Assembly (NCBI GenBank): GCA_037147075.1
Contig: JBAWVX010000001.1
Location: 8,917 to 72,916, forward strand
DNA length: 64,000 nt
Direction: 5' to 3'
Source of the DNA: a bacterium
Lineage (GTDB): Bacteria; Verrucomicrobiota; Verrucomicrobiia; Chthoniobacterales; Terrimicrobiaceae
Shown: positions 41,401 through 47,307 of the stretch, one piece after another
How positions within the stretch are numbered: the first letter of the stretch is position 1
Layout of the letters: each line of letters opens with the position of its first letter
Made by a program: the position numbers and the translations under genes
The notes under the pieces: generated by a model
What the model was told of the DNA's origin: nothing
Database searches by the model: none
Seen by the model: the letters and a program-made list of their open reading frames with translations, nothing else

Positions 41401-44086
41401 TTTCTTTGAGTCGCTGATATTCGAATGGAGAGAAATTGTAGGCTTTAAGTGAGATATTGCCTCCAGGCGCAGTCAAGGTTCCCTTGATACGTGTATTTGA
41501 GGAACTGACGACGAGTGCCCCGCCAGCAGGAACACTGATCTCAGTTTCCGAGGGAATCTCAAACTCGCCGTCCGGATTGTAAATCACCAGTTTGCCAAAT
41601 CCTGAATCAAGTGAGGCGTAAATATCTTGTCCGATTGTAAACTGTGCCGTGGAAGAGCCAGACAGACCAACAGGAACGAAATTGACCAAAGTATACGGCG
41701 GGGCTCCTTCATGAGGTGAAGATTTTGAGAGCACTATAGAAGGATGATAGGGAGAGACTTGAATGAAGCGGATGTCGCTTTCGGAACGAGCTATTCTTTC
41801 CTCGGAGGTGAAGGATAGGTTTAAAGTGGATCCGACTGGTGGAGTGTCAAGCTGCCGTGGTCCTGTCACTGTTTGTCCCAGAAGCTTTCCAGAGATGGAT
41901 AGTGCAGAGGCTGTTAAGCTCAGACTCCCGCCGGGGGCTCCTTCCCGGTATGTCGATTCGCTAAACGCTCCTGTTGGAAGCAGCGGCTTCTTGAAATTTT
42001 CTTTGATACCCCATTTGGAGGAGGATTGAGTTGCCTCATCGGAAAGAATTCCATCGTAAGTTACATTCGGTGTCGCTTTCGATATGTTTACTATGTTTTC
42101 TCCACGAAGTAGCTGCGTTGTTTTGACAAGCCCTCCCTCGTTCTGGTAAAATCCACCTGAAACATCCAAAACGGCATCTTTTTGAACAGCAATCGAATCT
42201 CCAGCTTGAAGCAACAATTCACCACCTTTTGCCGTGAGCTGGGAAACGTCTCGTTCGACCAAACCTGCGATGCCGTTGAGATCGCCCAGGGGAGTTCCTA
42301 CCCACTGACGTCCAGAGTAAATGCCTGAATTTCTCAAGTCCACCCTTAACTGTTTACCTCGAATGCCAGTGCCTCTTTGAACAGGAGAGTCGGCGAGTTC
42401 ATTCCCACCGAGTTTGACATCAACTAGGTTTTTTGCGATTGGCACAAATGCTCCCGCTGTGCCGCTCACATCGACGATAGCCCCAGAATCAACATAAATC
42501 TGTCCTGTTGTAAACTGGAATCGTTGCACACCCGATTGAACATTTGAGCCCAAATCTGCTTGGATTTTGTTTGGTGCTGAATAAACAGTTCGGTCGGAAT
42601 CTTGGTCTTTATATGGCCAAATACCTGCTTTCAGAGATATCTTTCCGGATGTTGCAGAAAGATAGGCATCTGGAGCCAAATAAATTCCGAGACCAAGAAG
42701 GTTTACTGCCGATACTTCGGGTAGGCTTGTTCCTGGGATCAGTTTTTTATCAGCGAGGTCTGGTGCGATTTGTGTGATGGAGTTTTTTGCCAAATTCACG
42801 GTTCCCGTAAATTGCGAAAAGAAGATTGGAAGCCCTGTCTTGTCGAATTCTGGGTTCGCAGCGGATCCATAACTGGCTAGCAGATCAATTCGCCCATTTA
42901 AGCTGACGGATGTTGAGGAGGAAAGAATCCCTTGCTGATTGATAGCTTTTCCAACGGCTAGAACGCTTCCCGTTTGAGATTCAAGAAGACCGGCGTTGGT
43001 AATCGTTCCGGCGTAGGTTCCGACATCACCGACCCAAACATCAAGTCCTCTCAAACTGGGGTCGCCGCTGTCGTGTGCTTGGATTCCCACTTGCAGACCG
43101 GCTGCGAGGATGGTTTGGCCAGCTGGAGTTGAGATTTGGCCTTCGTTGCGGACGTTGGCACCTACGAGCATGATGCGGCCGCCGTTTCCATCGGCACTGG
43201 TGGGGGTTTGGAGGAGGGCGCCGCGTTCGACGATGACATCGCCGTATTTGGCTCCGGCGGGAAGGGGATCGGGCGTGAAGTCGGGGGTGCCATCGGAGCC
43301 ACCGGGAACACTCAGGCCGGAAAAGAGAAATTGGGCGTCTTTATTGTTGAGGAGGCCGTTTTTGATGAGGTTGTCGTTGATCGGGAGGGCGGAGGCGACG
43401 AGGGTGCGTGTGTTGACTTGGGAGCCGGCTCCGAAAAGGATGCCGTTTTGGTTGATAATGTAGACTTGGCCTTGGGCGTTGATTTTGCCTCGGATTTCGG
43501 AGGGTTTGGCGGCGGGGTCGAGGACTTTGTTGAAGGCGATCCATTTGCCGGAGTCGGCGCCGCCAGCGGATTGGTCGAAATTGACGGTGGTTTGACTGCC
43601 GACGTTGAAGGTTTCCCAGTGGAGGAGGGCTTGGGCGGCGGTTTGGGTGATGTTGACGTTGCTTCCGGCGGCGGTGGGGGCGTTGGCGCCTTCCCATTTG
43701 GCGTTGGCACCGGTGAGGACTTTGAGACCGCCATTGACGAGACCATTCGGAATCGAATTGGCTCCAGCGGCGGCGCGGGCGGCGGCTTGGAGGGCTCGCA
43801 TGTCGTTGACGGCCTTTGTGGTGCGGGCGAGGCGGTCTTCGGCACGGACTTTGGCGGCCTCGGCTGCGGCGGCACCGGCGTTGGCGCGGGCTTCGGAGTT
43901 CCGCTTCGCGTTGCCAGCGCTGGCTCCTCCGCGCAGGATGTCACCCGCTTGGAGTCCACCGGTGGGCATAGTGGCCAGGAAGGAGGCGAGGAGGGTGCAT
44001 GTGAGGACGGCACGCGAACGCCTGCGTGCTGCGAGGAACTCGAAGGCGCGGAGATGGTAGCGTGTGCGGTGGCCGGTTTTCAACAT
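32420..44086 (-). CDS. giant (3888 aa) TpsA-type filamentous-haemagglutinin-family exoprotein
   Basis: N-terminal signal region, then a TPS (haemagglutination activity) domain: NITQTAAQALLHWETFNVGSQTTVNFDQ..KWIAFNKV..IRGKINAQGQVYIINQNGILFGAGSQVN (about residues 112-300). Thousands of residues of G/S/T/N/A-rich beta-helix-like sequence with only 2 Cys. C-terminal block IFTLRGGDLTIWSSEGDIAAGSAAKT..LIAPGGTVDAGEAGIRS is typical of FhaB-like proteins. A TpsB partner lies at 52683-54335. Confidence 0.93.
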   Translation of the reverse strand: MLKTGHRTRYHLRAFEFLAARRRSRAVLTCTLLASFLATMPTGGLQAGDILRGGASAGNAKRNSEARANAGAAAAEAAKVRAEDRLARTTKAVNDMRALQAAARAAAGANSIPNGLVNGGLKVLTGANAKWEGANAPTAAGSNVNITQTAAQALLHWETFNVGSQTTVNFDQSAGGADSGKWIAFNKVLDPAAKPSEIRGKINAQGQVYIINQNGILFGAGSQVNTRTLVASALPINDNLIKNGLLNNKDAQFLFSGLSVPGGSDGTPDFTPDPLPAGAKYGDVIVERGALLQTPTSADGNGGRIMLVGANVRNEGQISTPAGQTILAAGLQVGIQAHDSGDPSLRGLDVWVGDVGTYAGTITNAGLLESQTGSVLAVGKAINQQGILSSSTSVSLNGRIDLLASYGSAANPEFDKTGLPIFFSQFTGTVNLAKNSITQIAPDLADKKLIPGTSLPEVSAVNLLGLGIYLAPDAYLSATSGKISLKAGIWPYKDQDSDRTVYSAPNKIQADLGSNVQSGVQRFQFTTGQIYVDSGAIVDVSGTAGAFVPIAKNLVDVKLGGNELADSPVQRGTGIRGKQLRVDLRNSGIYSGRQWVGTPLGDLNGIAGLVERDVSQLTAKGGELLLQAGDSIAVQKDAVLDVSGGFYQNEGGLVKTTQLLRGENIVNISKATPNVTYDGILSDEATQSSSKWGIKENFKKPLLPTGAFSESTYREGAPGGSLSLTASALSISGKLLGQTVTGPRQLDTPPVGSTLNLSFTSEERIARSESDIRFIQVSPYHPSIVLSKSSPHEGAPPYTLVNFVPVGLSGSSTAQFTIGQDIYASLDSGFGKLVIYNPDGEFEIPSETEISVPAGGALVVSSSNTRIKGTLTAPGGNISLKAYNFSPFEYQRLKETDTLPLNAAPAVVLGRGDITIASNGILDVSGILVDERITSQVAFDNRRSINGGAISLEGYNVSLSKGSSLLASAGAKAKAKGGFTYGTAGSISLLAGRDPSLKTTIGGTLRLDGHLEAYAVASGGSLTLQSSLVEIANQRSNPEAFLMDPSFFQKGGFTSFTVRGIGKSLADGSNAPAVIVADGTQIEPRAISLARSNSPELAFDPILKPQGERTSTSLSLQGLGADDPLTQDKVEAIGLVVLGTGASIITDPGATVSLSGETVAVLGSIVNHGGKVSISGGGSYKALGSLADKASFALPTTFIGSSSKIDVSGLFLKKFDSFKRNTGTLLDGGSILVTGNIIIQKGAVLDASGSSASVDLNPYSVVRGEEISTIKKNQVALTQTPWGRIGVPTQIDSNGGSIELEGSEMLYNDGLLKGFAGGPTATGGKLSISSGKFYPPDSSRTGADINLIVAQEGDASQFAKHPLAGREMELFLKPPDLEPLFKSGSPNPGIGYFSISQFSSGSFASLDLGYKYYSGGDPIPYGGNVEFRGPISLTANGMVRLAGGGVIKADSTVSVNAPYIAIGQKLATPRLPSDTFYAFQQYPVGGSDKSYYPKPSYGPGSIALSASWIDVGTLSLQNIGKASLAANNGDIRGSGTLSMVGDLTLTAAQIYPTTLADFKIIAYDPTGSKSTIRINGSGTQAPPLSAGGTLSIFASNIFQGGTLRAPLGSIYLGWDGTDFNLTDIGFTQPTDVVGGPSMIIPTAQLVSLENGSSTSVSAIDPLTGLGMQIPYGVSSDGLAWIDPRGMNVTASGLPSKAIRFGGESVLMNTGAQIDLRGGGDLLAYRWNSGIGGTINILGTASGDWTPSASYTAGQLVTYGGKTWSARVSVDGDPDPAKRPSASRYWALVPESYAILPAFSSSVVPAGAFNTSSSANLLTGNPGFISNSLGVGDKIYIGKGSTLAEGSYTLLPKAYALIPGAFLVTPATELTNLNVRTGGTTLEEGSSFVTGYRFNQFNKAQEITAVRSLYEIATPEVIASRASYTVFKASTFMKEAASRLNQDNVQELPIDSGYLAVSANSALRMNSQILTTPFSSGRGSAIDIASFAEINITGGSSLGGTTGVSLNSGILSNWGASSILIGGLRQSSSSVSQVEVRSNSINVSNPGEPLSGPEIILVSKESLSLADGSSILSSGLSQNSLPISLTGDGVALAVSSNPLFTSSRSGLTGSKSPNLFLGAGSTVSGATVLLDSTYATSIDSTSHLRAENLSMISGQVSILLAPQVGALPGSFVAPHLTLSDNLLADAMSSKNLLLASYSVIDIYGSGTMGSDSLQKLTLQAGGDDSTTTDQELSIRGYNQGSGTVSLVANEVVFGNPTSSTGLKHSTSGMAGTFEIASKSLTLDKNNFSIGGYQTTHLEATSGVTFIGTGTFFTAGDLEIATPLLTGSRAAKQSIIAAGQLNIQPTGASSTTPNELGASLTLQGSSVVQNSSIRLPSGLVSIIATNGGASIGGTIDVSGTKQTFYDLTRYTDAGEINVTAKAGSVSFLAGSQVSVASHPLGGNAGRLAISSSGAFQSAGTLSGGSLENFNSGIFLLDTLALTSFQDLSQILDSGGFNLERNLRVRTGDVLVEGISKAKSFSLSADSGSISVAGQIDAHGTTGGKIALSARENITLLPHSVLTVAAEHFDSAGKGGSISLSAGTSKSDGSFSSTALLDIQPDSKMILSVEDYISGSYTDVGSSAFNGQFTGTVQLRAPQKSFGAGLGVSISQIQGDILDASSILVEGYKVFTVTGATGQITGSRSSFSSLPSAGSTQRQVYDNGLQFLGSAGSATAGYTAMRDALLGTGDPKNLSSILVIAPGAEIINTTANGDITLGTSTSNWSLDWNLADFRFGPKSAPGVLTLRAPGNVVFWNTLSDSFTAVTPSAANGYSSMWLSPLAAINNNLPTNTQSWSFRIVAGADLGAANVLQVLSSTGLDSTKGSIRIGKTYNPSGSQNTTAGAIGTSNLTRFQVIRTGTGNIDLAAGRDIKLLNPFASIYTAGSKIANPNSIYSSDDFVTPVVVAENGNPSQTSQLGPVQQNYQPQWSMAGGNIFLNAAGTIGRYSVVNSVDTIDSSKQLPGNWLYRRGYVDETGKFGVGGVDAGDATITDASASTAWWIDFSNFFEGVGTLGGGNLRMNAGLDIINMDALIPTNARAAGLSGGNRVAPDPTKFLELGGGDLSVRAGRDLSGGVYYVERGSGEIFAAGSIVTNSSRSPKSNGDELTWLPTTLYAGKSSFDVSARKDILLGPVVNAFWLPQGLQNKFWYKTYFNTYSSDSSLNVQSLGGSITHRFTTFDSPAVSSDSETGISGQSILAFWLGNQNLFRSTNPSAAQPWIRLAEGNIGSMTVFSTVGGTLPPSLKSVSFGGSINITGEASLYPNAKGGLEILAAGAISGLNALGRNSAKTLTGFSSASLNLSDADPALLPSLFSPYSLQSIYGRNLAGLRSTPTNLLLDPVDNYFVETGSYAGVEAAVAKKKIRHAESILHSADSVPAYLYALGSDISGLTLYSAKQSRISASRDITDVALYLQNSRPSDISIISAGRDIIPYSESSLLRTTASDLNLGNVDLTVRGTTVTGKKISALAGDLQISGSGYLEVLAGRTLDLGNGENLADGRGAGITSIGNSRNPYLPFSGAQLVVMAGVGGKEDGPAIGLAGSSLAKNSFGPSAPSSEQDYLNQLPLFFTSLSEAAKEYTQTGSYSAGFEAITALFGSATQTGDIFTRSRDIRTTEGGGITLASPGGGLTMAASISGNPLTPPGIVTEYGGAVSVFTKNDVDIGQCRIFTLRGGDLTIWSSEGDIAAGSAAKTVVTAPPTRVLIDTTSADIQTDLGGLATGGGIGVLASVEGVEPGNVNLIAPGGTVDAGEAGIRSTGDIVIAAVSILNADNISAGGTTAGVPSTPTVAAPNIGGLTSGSSSTAAANSAANSVSNQARTPSQQVEETPSVITVEVLGYGGGDSDDHQSDEEQT

Positions 44087-44131
44087 GGTTGTGAGATTTT
44101 TGGCAGAACTAACAGAATTTTAGGAAGTTTA

Positions 44132-44284
44132 GACAGGATGATCCGCCTACGGAAAGGCAACTCCGGCGGGACGGGTCAGGATTTTCAGGAGTGACAGGAT
44201 GGGCATGGTTTGTTTATATGCTTCAGCTTTTCTAGAGTTAAAACCTGTATTCCTCCTCTGTGTTCTCTGTGTCCTCCGTGGTTA
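44132..44284. repeat. intergenic repeat cluster upstream of tpsA
   Basis: GACAGGATGA (44132-44141), GTCAGGATTTTCAGGAGTGACAGGATGGG (44175-44203) and CCTCTGTGTTCTCTGTGTCCTCCGTGGTTA (44254-44284). The last resembles CCTCTGTGCTCTGTGTCCCCAGTGGTTA at 24751-24778. Confidence 0.7.
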
Positions 44285-44315
44285 ATAATTCTTTCGTGTG
44301 AATGACTAATTTCGG

Positions 44316-44380
44316 CGGTTTTTGGGTTTTGTTGAGGTTTGGTTTTGTGACGATTTTGTGACTTGCAAAATTATTTTTTC
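44316..44380. repeat. 65-nt gene-3'-flank repeat, copy downstream of the DUF1016 gene
   Basis: About 90% identical to 45611-45675, with a 31-nt perfect core TTTGGTTTTGTGACGATTTTGTGACTTGCAA (44338-44368 = 45634-45664). Both copies include the AAAAAATAA end of the preceding minus-strand gene. Confidence 0.85.
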
Positions 44381-45396
44381 TCTTCGGCTTCTTGGAGGGT
44401 TAATTCGATTTCGCGCCGAAGTTCTTCGCGATTTGGAAGGTAAAGCTGGTATTTTTGGACAAAAAGTTGGCTGTTCATTTGATAGGTGGCGTATTCAACG
44501 AGGAGTTCGTCTTTATTGCGTGTCAAAATGATGCCAATAGGAGGATTGTCGCCATCGGTATTTTCCTCATTCGCGAAATAGCCGAGATACGTATTCATCT
44601 GGCCTATGTCTTGATGTTGGACATCTTCCAACTTCAAGTCGATGAGAACAAAGCAACGAAGGATGCGGTGGTAGAAGACGAGATCGACGCGGTAGTGAAT
44701 GTTATTGATTGGAATCCGGTATTGCCTGCCGACGAATGTGAAGCCTTTTCCGAGTTCCAAGAGAAAGGGTTGGAGATGGTCGCAAAGGAGCGTTTCTAGA
44801 TCGCTCTCATTGATAACATACGGCTCTGGAATCTTAAGAAATTCAAAAACGAAAGGATCCCGCAGGATGTCAGCAGGATTCTGGACTGGTCTTCCTTCTT
44901 GGGCAAGGTGGAGAATTTGTTCCTTGTCCTTACCAGATGCAATGCGGAGAAAAAGGGATGATTTTTTTTGACGCTGAAGGTCTGGCACTGACCATCGTTC
45001 ACTGATGGCTTGTTGCTCGTAAAAACTGCGCTCTAGGCGGTCTTCGATGCGCAGGAGTTCGACATAATGGGACCAGCTCAATAGGTCAGAAGGTTTCTGA
45101 CTTATTGGGTAATTCAAATATAGAAGCCTCATGTAGATGAGGTTACTTCTGCTGAAGCCTTTTCCGTGTATCCTCCCGAGATCCTCACTGAGATTCTGAA
45201 TGAGAGCTTTGCCATACTCGGCTCGTATCTTACCGGCTTGCTCGAATTCGACGATATCGTGTCCAATTTTCCAGTAGGTTTCCAAAAGTTGTGCATTGGC
45301 CACCTTGTGGACGCGCACGCGAGCCGCCGTATAAGTCTCGGAAATACTGCCCAAGAGGTCTTGGTAGCGAGAGTCGAGTGTTATTTCGGAAGGCAT
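44371..45396 (-). CDS. DUF1016 / YhcG-like PD-(D/E)XK nuclease domain protein
   Basis: 341 aa. N-terminal YQDLLGSISETYTAARVRVHKVANAQLLETYWKIGHDIVE and C-terminal nuclease core RVDLVFYHRILRCFVLIDLKLEDVQHQDIGQMNTYL (D..D/ExK pattern) are typical of DUF1016. Visibly more AT-rich than its neighbours. Confidence 0.85.
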   Translation of the reverse strand: MPSEITLDSRYQDLLGSISETYTAARVRVHKVANAQLLETYWKIGHDIVEFEQAGKIRAEYGKALIQNLSEDLGRIHGKGFSRSNLIYMRLLYLNYPISQKPSDLLSWSHYVELLRIEDRLERSFYEQQAISERWSVPDLQRQKKSSLFLRIASGKDKEQILHLAQEGRPVQNPADILRDPFVFEFLKIPEPYVINESDLETLLCDHLQPFLLELGKGFTFVGRQYRIPINNIHYRVDLVFYHRILRCFVLIDLKLEDVQHQDIGQMNTYLGYFANEENTDGDNPPIGIILTRNKDELLVEYATYQMNSQLFVQKYQLYLPNREELRREIELTLQEAEEKK

Positions 45397-45432
45397 GGAA
45401 ATCGGATGGAGCGAAGCGGAATCAATTCAGTT

Positions 45433-45489
45433 TTAAGTCGCGGTGGGTGGAGCGGGGGTTGGTGAGGTGCGGTGGCCGGTTTTCAACAT
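45433..45489 (-). other. orphan duplicate of the tpsA start (18-codon ORF MLKTGHRTSPTPAPPTAT)
   Basis: The first 23 coding nt plus 2 upstream nt are identical to the real tpsA 5' end (MLKTGHRT). Lies 36 nt upstream of the DUF1016 start. Confidence 0.6.
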
Positions 45490-45507
45490 GGGGTGGTTTG
45501 AGTTTTA

Positions 45508-45581
45508 AGATTTAAGACTTAAGTTTTAAGTGGCGGTGGGTGGATCGGGATGACCTAATTGACTTTGGTGACCTTATTGAC
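45508..45581. repeat. leader repeat set upstream of the orphan tpsA start
   Basis: AAGATTTAAG (45508-45517), TTTTAAGTGGCGG (45524-45536), and 13-mers TGACCTAATTGAC (45551-45563) and TGACCTTATTGAC (45569-45581), 18 nt apart. The same set occurs at 46549-46609. Confidence 0.8.
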
Positions 45582-45610
45582 GGTGGGTGGGTCGTGAAGG
45601 GTTATGATCG

Positions 45611-45675
45611 GCTGGTTTGGGGTTTGGTTGAGATTTGGTTTTGTGACGATTTTGTGACTTGCAATTTTATTTTTT
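45611..45675. repeat. 65-nt gene-3'-flank repeat, copy downstream of the PPIase gene
   Basis: See 44316-44380. Contains two GTCACAAAA half-sites on the minus strand. Confidence 0.85.
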
Positions 45676-46545
45676 GTCGTCTGGTTTGAGGAGGGCGGGT
45701 AAGGCGATTTCGTCGAGGGTTATGGGGGCTTGGGCTTGGAGGCGCTGGAGGTAGGCTTGGCGGTTTAGGTTCTGGCGTTCGGTGCGGAGGGCGCGGATGA
45801 TTTGGGGTTTGATCTCTTCGAGGGTTGCGGTTCGGGGTTCCTGGATGTCGAGGATTTTGACGAAATAGAGTCCATCGCCGAGTTCGATGGGGCCGGCGGT
45901 GGCACCTTTGGCTAGGCCGGTGAGGGCTTTGCGGATGGCGGGTTGGATGGAGTCTTCGGGGAGGAGGCCGATCTCGCCTCCGTTGGCGGCGCTGCGGGGT
46001 TCGTCGCTGTTGGTTTTGGCCAGGGCGGCGAAGTCGCCGGATTTCACTTGTTTCGTGAGGGCGTCTGCTTTGGCTTTGGCCTTGGCGGGGTCGCTGCCGT
46101 TGGCGATGAAGATTTGGGCGAGGCGGTATTGCTTGGGAAGGTTGAGTTCGGCTTTGCGGGATTCGTAGACTTCCTTGACTTCGGAATCCGAGGGGAAGTC
46201 GGCTGGAACTTTGGTGACGGATTCGAGGTAGCTCTCGGAGATGGCGGCGTCGCGCACGCGGGCGAGGAGGGCTTGGGTTTCGGGCTTGTCGTCCCAGTCG
46301 GCGGCGGTGGCTTCTTTGAGGAGGACTTGCTGGAGAATGAGGGTTCGGACTGCTTGGCTGAGGGCGGCGGGGTTTTGCTTGAGTGCGGCGCGATCGGCTT
46401 CGCTGAGGCTGGAGAGGTAGGGCTGGATTTGCGCGACGGTGATGTCGCGGTCGCCAGCGCGTGCGATGACGGTGTCGGCTGCGTGTGCTGAGAGCGTCAT
46501 CGAAGCGGCGGCGAAGAGGGCGAGGGTGGTGGGGCGAAGTGGCAT
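45667..46545 (-). CDS. periplasmic parvulin-type peptidyl-prolyl isomerase (SurA/PpiD-like chaperone)
   Basis: 292 aa with signal peptide MPLRPTTLALFAAASMTLSAHA. Parvulin domain YRLAQIFI..VKSGDFAALAKTNSDEPRSAANGGEIGLL..GPIELGDGLYFVKI. Confidence 0.85.
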   Translation of the reverse strand: MPLRPTTLALFAAASMTLSAHAADTVIARAGDRDITVAQIQPYLSSLSEADRAALKQNPAALSQAVRTLILQQVLLKEATAADWDDKPETQALLARVRDAAISESYLESVTKVPADFPSDSEVKEVYESRKAELNLPKQYRLAQIFIANGSDPAKAKAKADALTKQVKSGDFAALAKTNSDEPRSAANGGEIGLLPEDSIQPAIRKALTGLAKGATAGPIELGDGLYFVKILDIQEPRTATLEEIKPQIIRALRTERQNLNRQAYLQRLQAQAPITLDEIALPALLKPDDKK

Positions 46546-46548
46546 GTG

Positions 46549-46609
46549 AAGATTTAAGTTTTTAAGTGGCGGGTTTGGTGACCTTATTGACTGGGTTGAC
46601 CTTGTTGAC
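46549..46609. repeat. leader repeat set upstream of the PPIase gene
   Basis: AAGATTTAAG (46549-46558), TTTTAAGTGGCGG (46560-46572), TGACCTTATTGAC (46579-46591) and TGACCTTGTTGAC (46597-46609), 18-nt period. An 18-nt perfect match TTTGGTGACCTTATTGAC is shared with 45564-45581. Confidence 0.8.
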
Positions 46610-46664
46610 GGGGACCTTTTTCCTGGGTAGTCCGTGGATTTTCATCCTTCTGAGTTCATCCTTT

Positions 46665-47300
46665 TTACTTTTTGACCGCGTTGGCGGGGATGCGGGAGTC
46701 GGTGAGTTTGTCGGCGAGATCTTGGACGAGGTTTTGGAATTTCACACGTTGAGTGGCGGTGAAGGGTTCGCGAGCGAGGATGGCGTCGCCGAGGCCGAAT
46801 TTATGGTAGCGGTCGAGGATTTCCATGCCGGCTTGATACATCTCGATGTTTTTTTGTTGCTCTTCTTGGACTTTGCGTTCGAGTTCGATCCGTTTGGCGT
46901 CGAGTTGTTGGCGTTGTCCCTCGCGCTTGGATGCGAGTTTGGCGACTTCACCGTAGGATTTTTTCCATTTGGCCAGAGCGGCATTGAGTTCCACAATCGA
47001 GCCGTCGCGGTCGGCGATTTTTTTGTTGAGATCGGCGATCATATTGGTGGAGGTGTTCCTCTCGTTGGCAAGGTCCTTGGTGAGGGCGTCGGCTTTGGCT
47101 GCGAGTTCTGTGGCCTTGGCCTCGGCGGCGTATTGGGCCGCCTGGGCATTCGCCAGATCGGTTTGGGCCGCTCGGAGTTTGAGCATGGAGTCCTTGAGGG
47201 CTTCACGGAACTTTGCAGTGGGGTCTTCTTCGGCGGCGCGCAAGGCAGGCGCGAGAAGAACAGCGGCTGCGACCAAGAGGGCGTAGGTTTTGATTTTCAT
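46665..47300 (-). CDS. secreted coiled-coil protein (possibly DUF3450/TtpB-like TonB-system accessory protein)
   Basis: 211 aa with signal peptide MKIKTYALLVAAAVLLAPALRA, then heptad-rich A/K/E/Q sequence. The family assignment is only an impression. Confidence 0.6.
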   Translation of the reverse strand: MKIKTYALLVAAAVLLAPALRAAEEDPTAKFREALKDSMLKLRAAQTDLANAQAAQYAAEAKATELAAKADALTKDLANERNTSTNMIADLNKKIADRDGSIVELNAALAKWKKSYGEVAKLASKREGQRQQLDAKRIELERKVQEEQQKNIEMYQAGMEILDRYHKFGLGDAILAREPFTATQRVKFQNLVQDLADKLTDSRIPANAVKK

Positions 47301-47307
47301 GTGGCTG

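Larger units (their letters stand above)
44089..45466. mobile_element. candidate inserted cassette carrying the DUF1016 nuclease gene, bounded by a 25-nt perfect direct repeat
   Basis: GTGCGGTGGCCGGTTTTCAACATGG occurs at 44064-44088 (the real tpsA start) and at 45467-45491. A second duplicated block of about 65 nt lies at 44316-44380 and 45611-45675. Confidence 0.35.

Noticed and set aside
32420-44086. tpsA as a contact-dependent inhibition (CdiA) toxin
   Set aside because: No VENN-like pre-toxin motif, no distinct C-terminal toxin domain and no small immunity ORF were seen downstream. The adhesin/fibre interpretation is preferred.
43136-44194. 352-aa plus-strand ORF (and 43312-44013, 43341-43697, 43605-44060) over the 5' end of tpsA
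   Set aside because: These are antisense or out-of-frame to a gene with a clear TPS domain. Their Gly/Ala/Pro/Ser-rich translations are typical of spurious ORFs in GC-rich coding DNA.
45433-45489. 18-codon ORF MLKTGHRTSPTPAPPTAT as a genuine leader peptide gene
   Set aside because: It is best explained as a duplicated fragment of the tpsA 5' end, and there is no independent evidence of function. It is kept only as a sequence feature.
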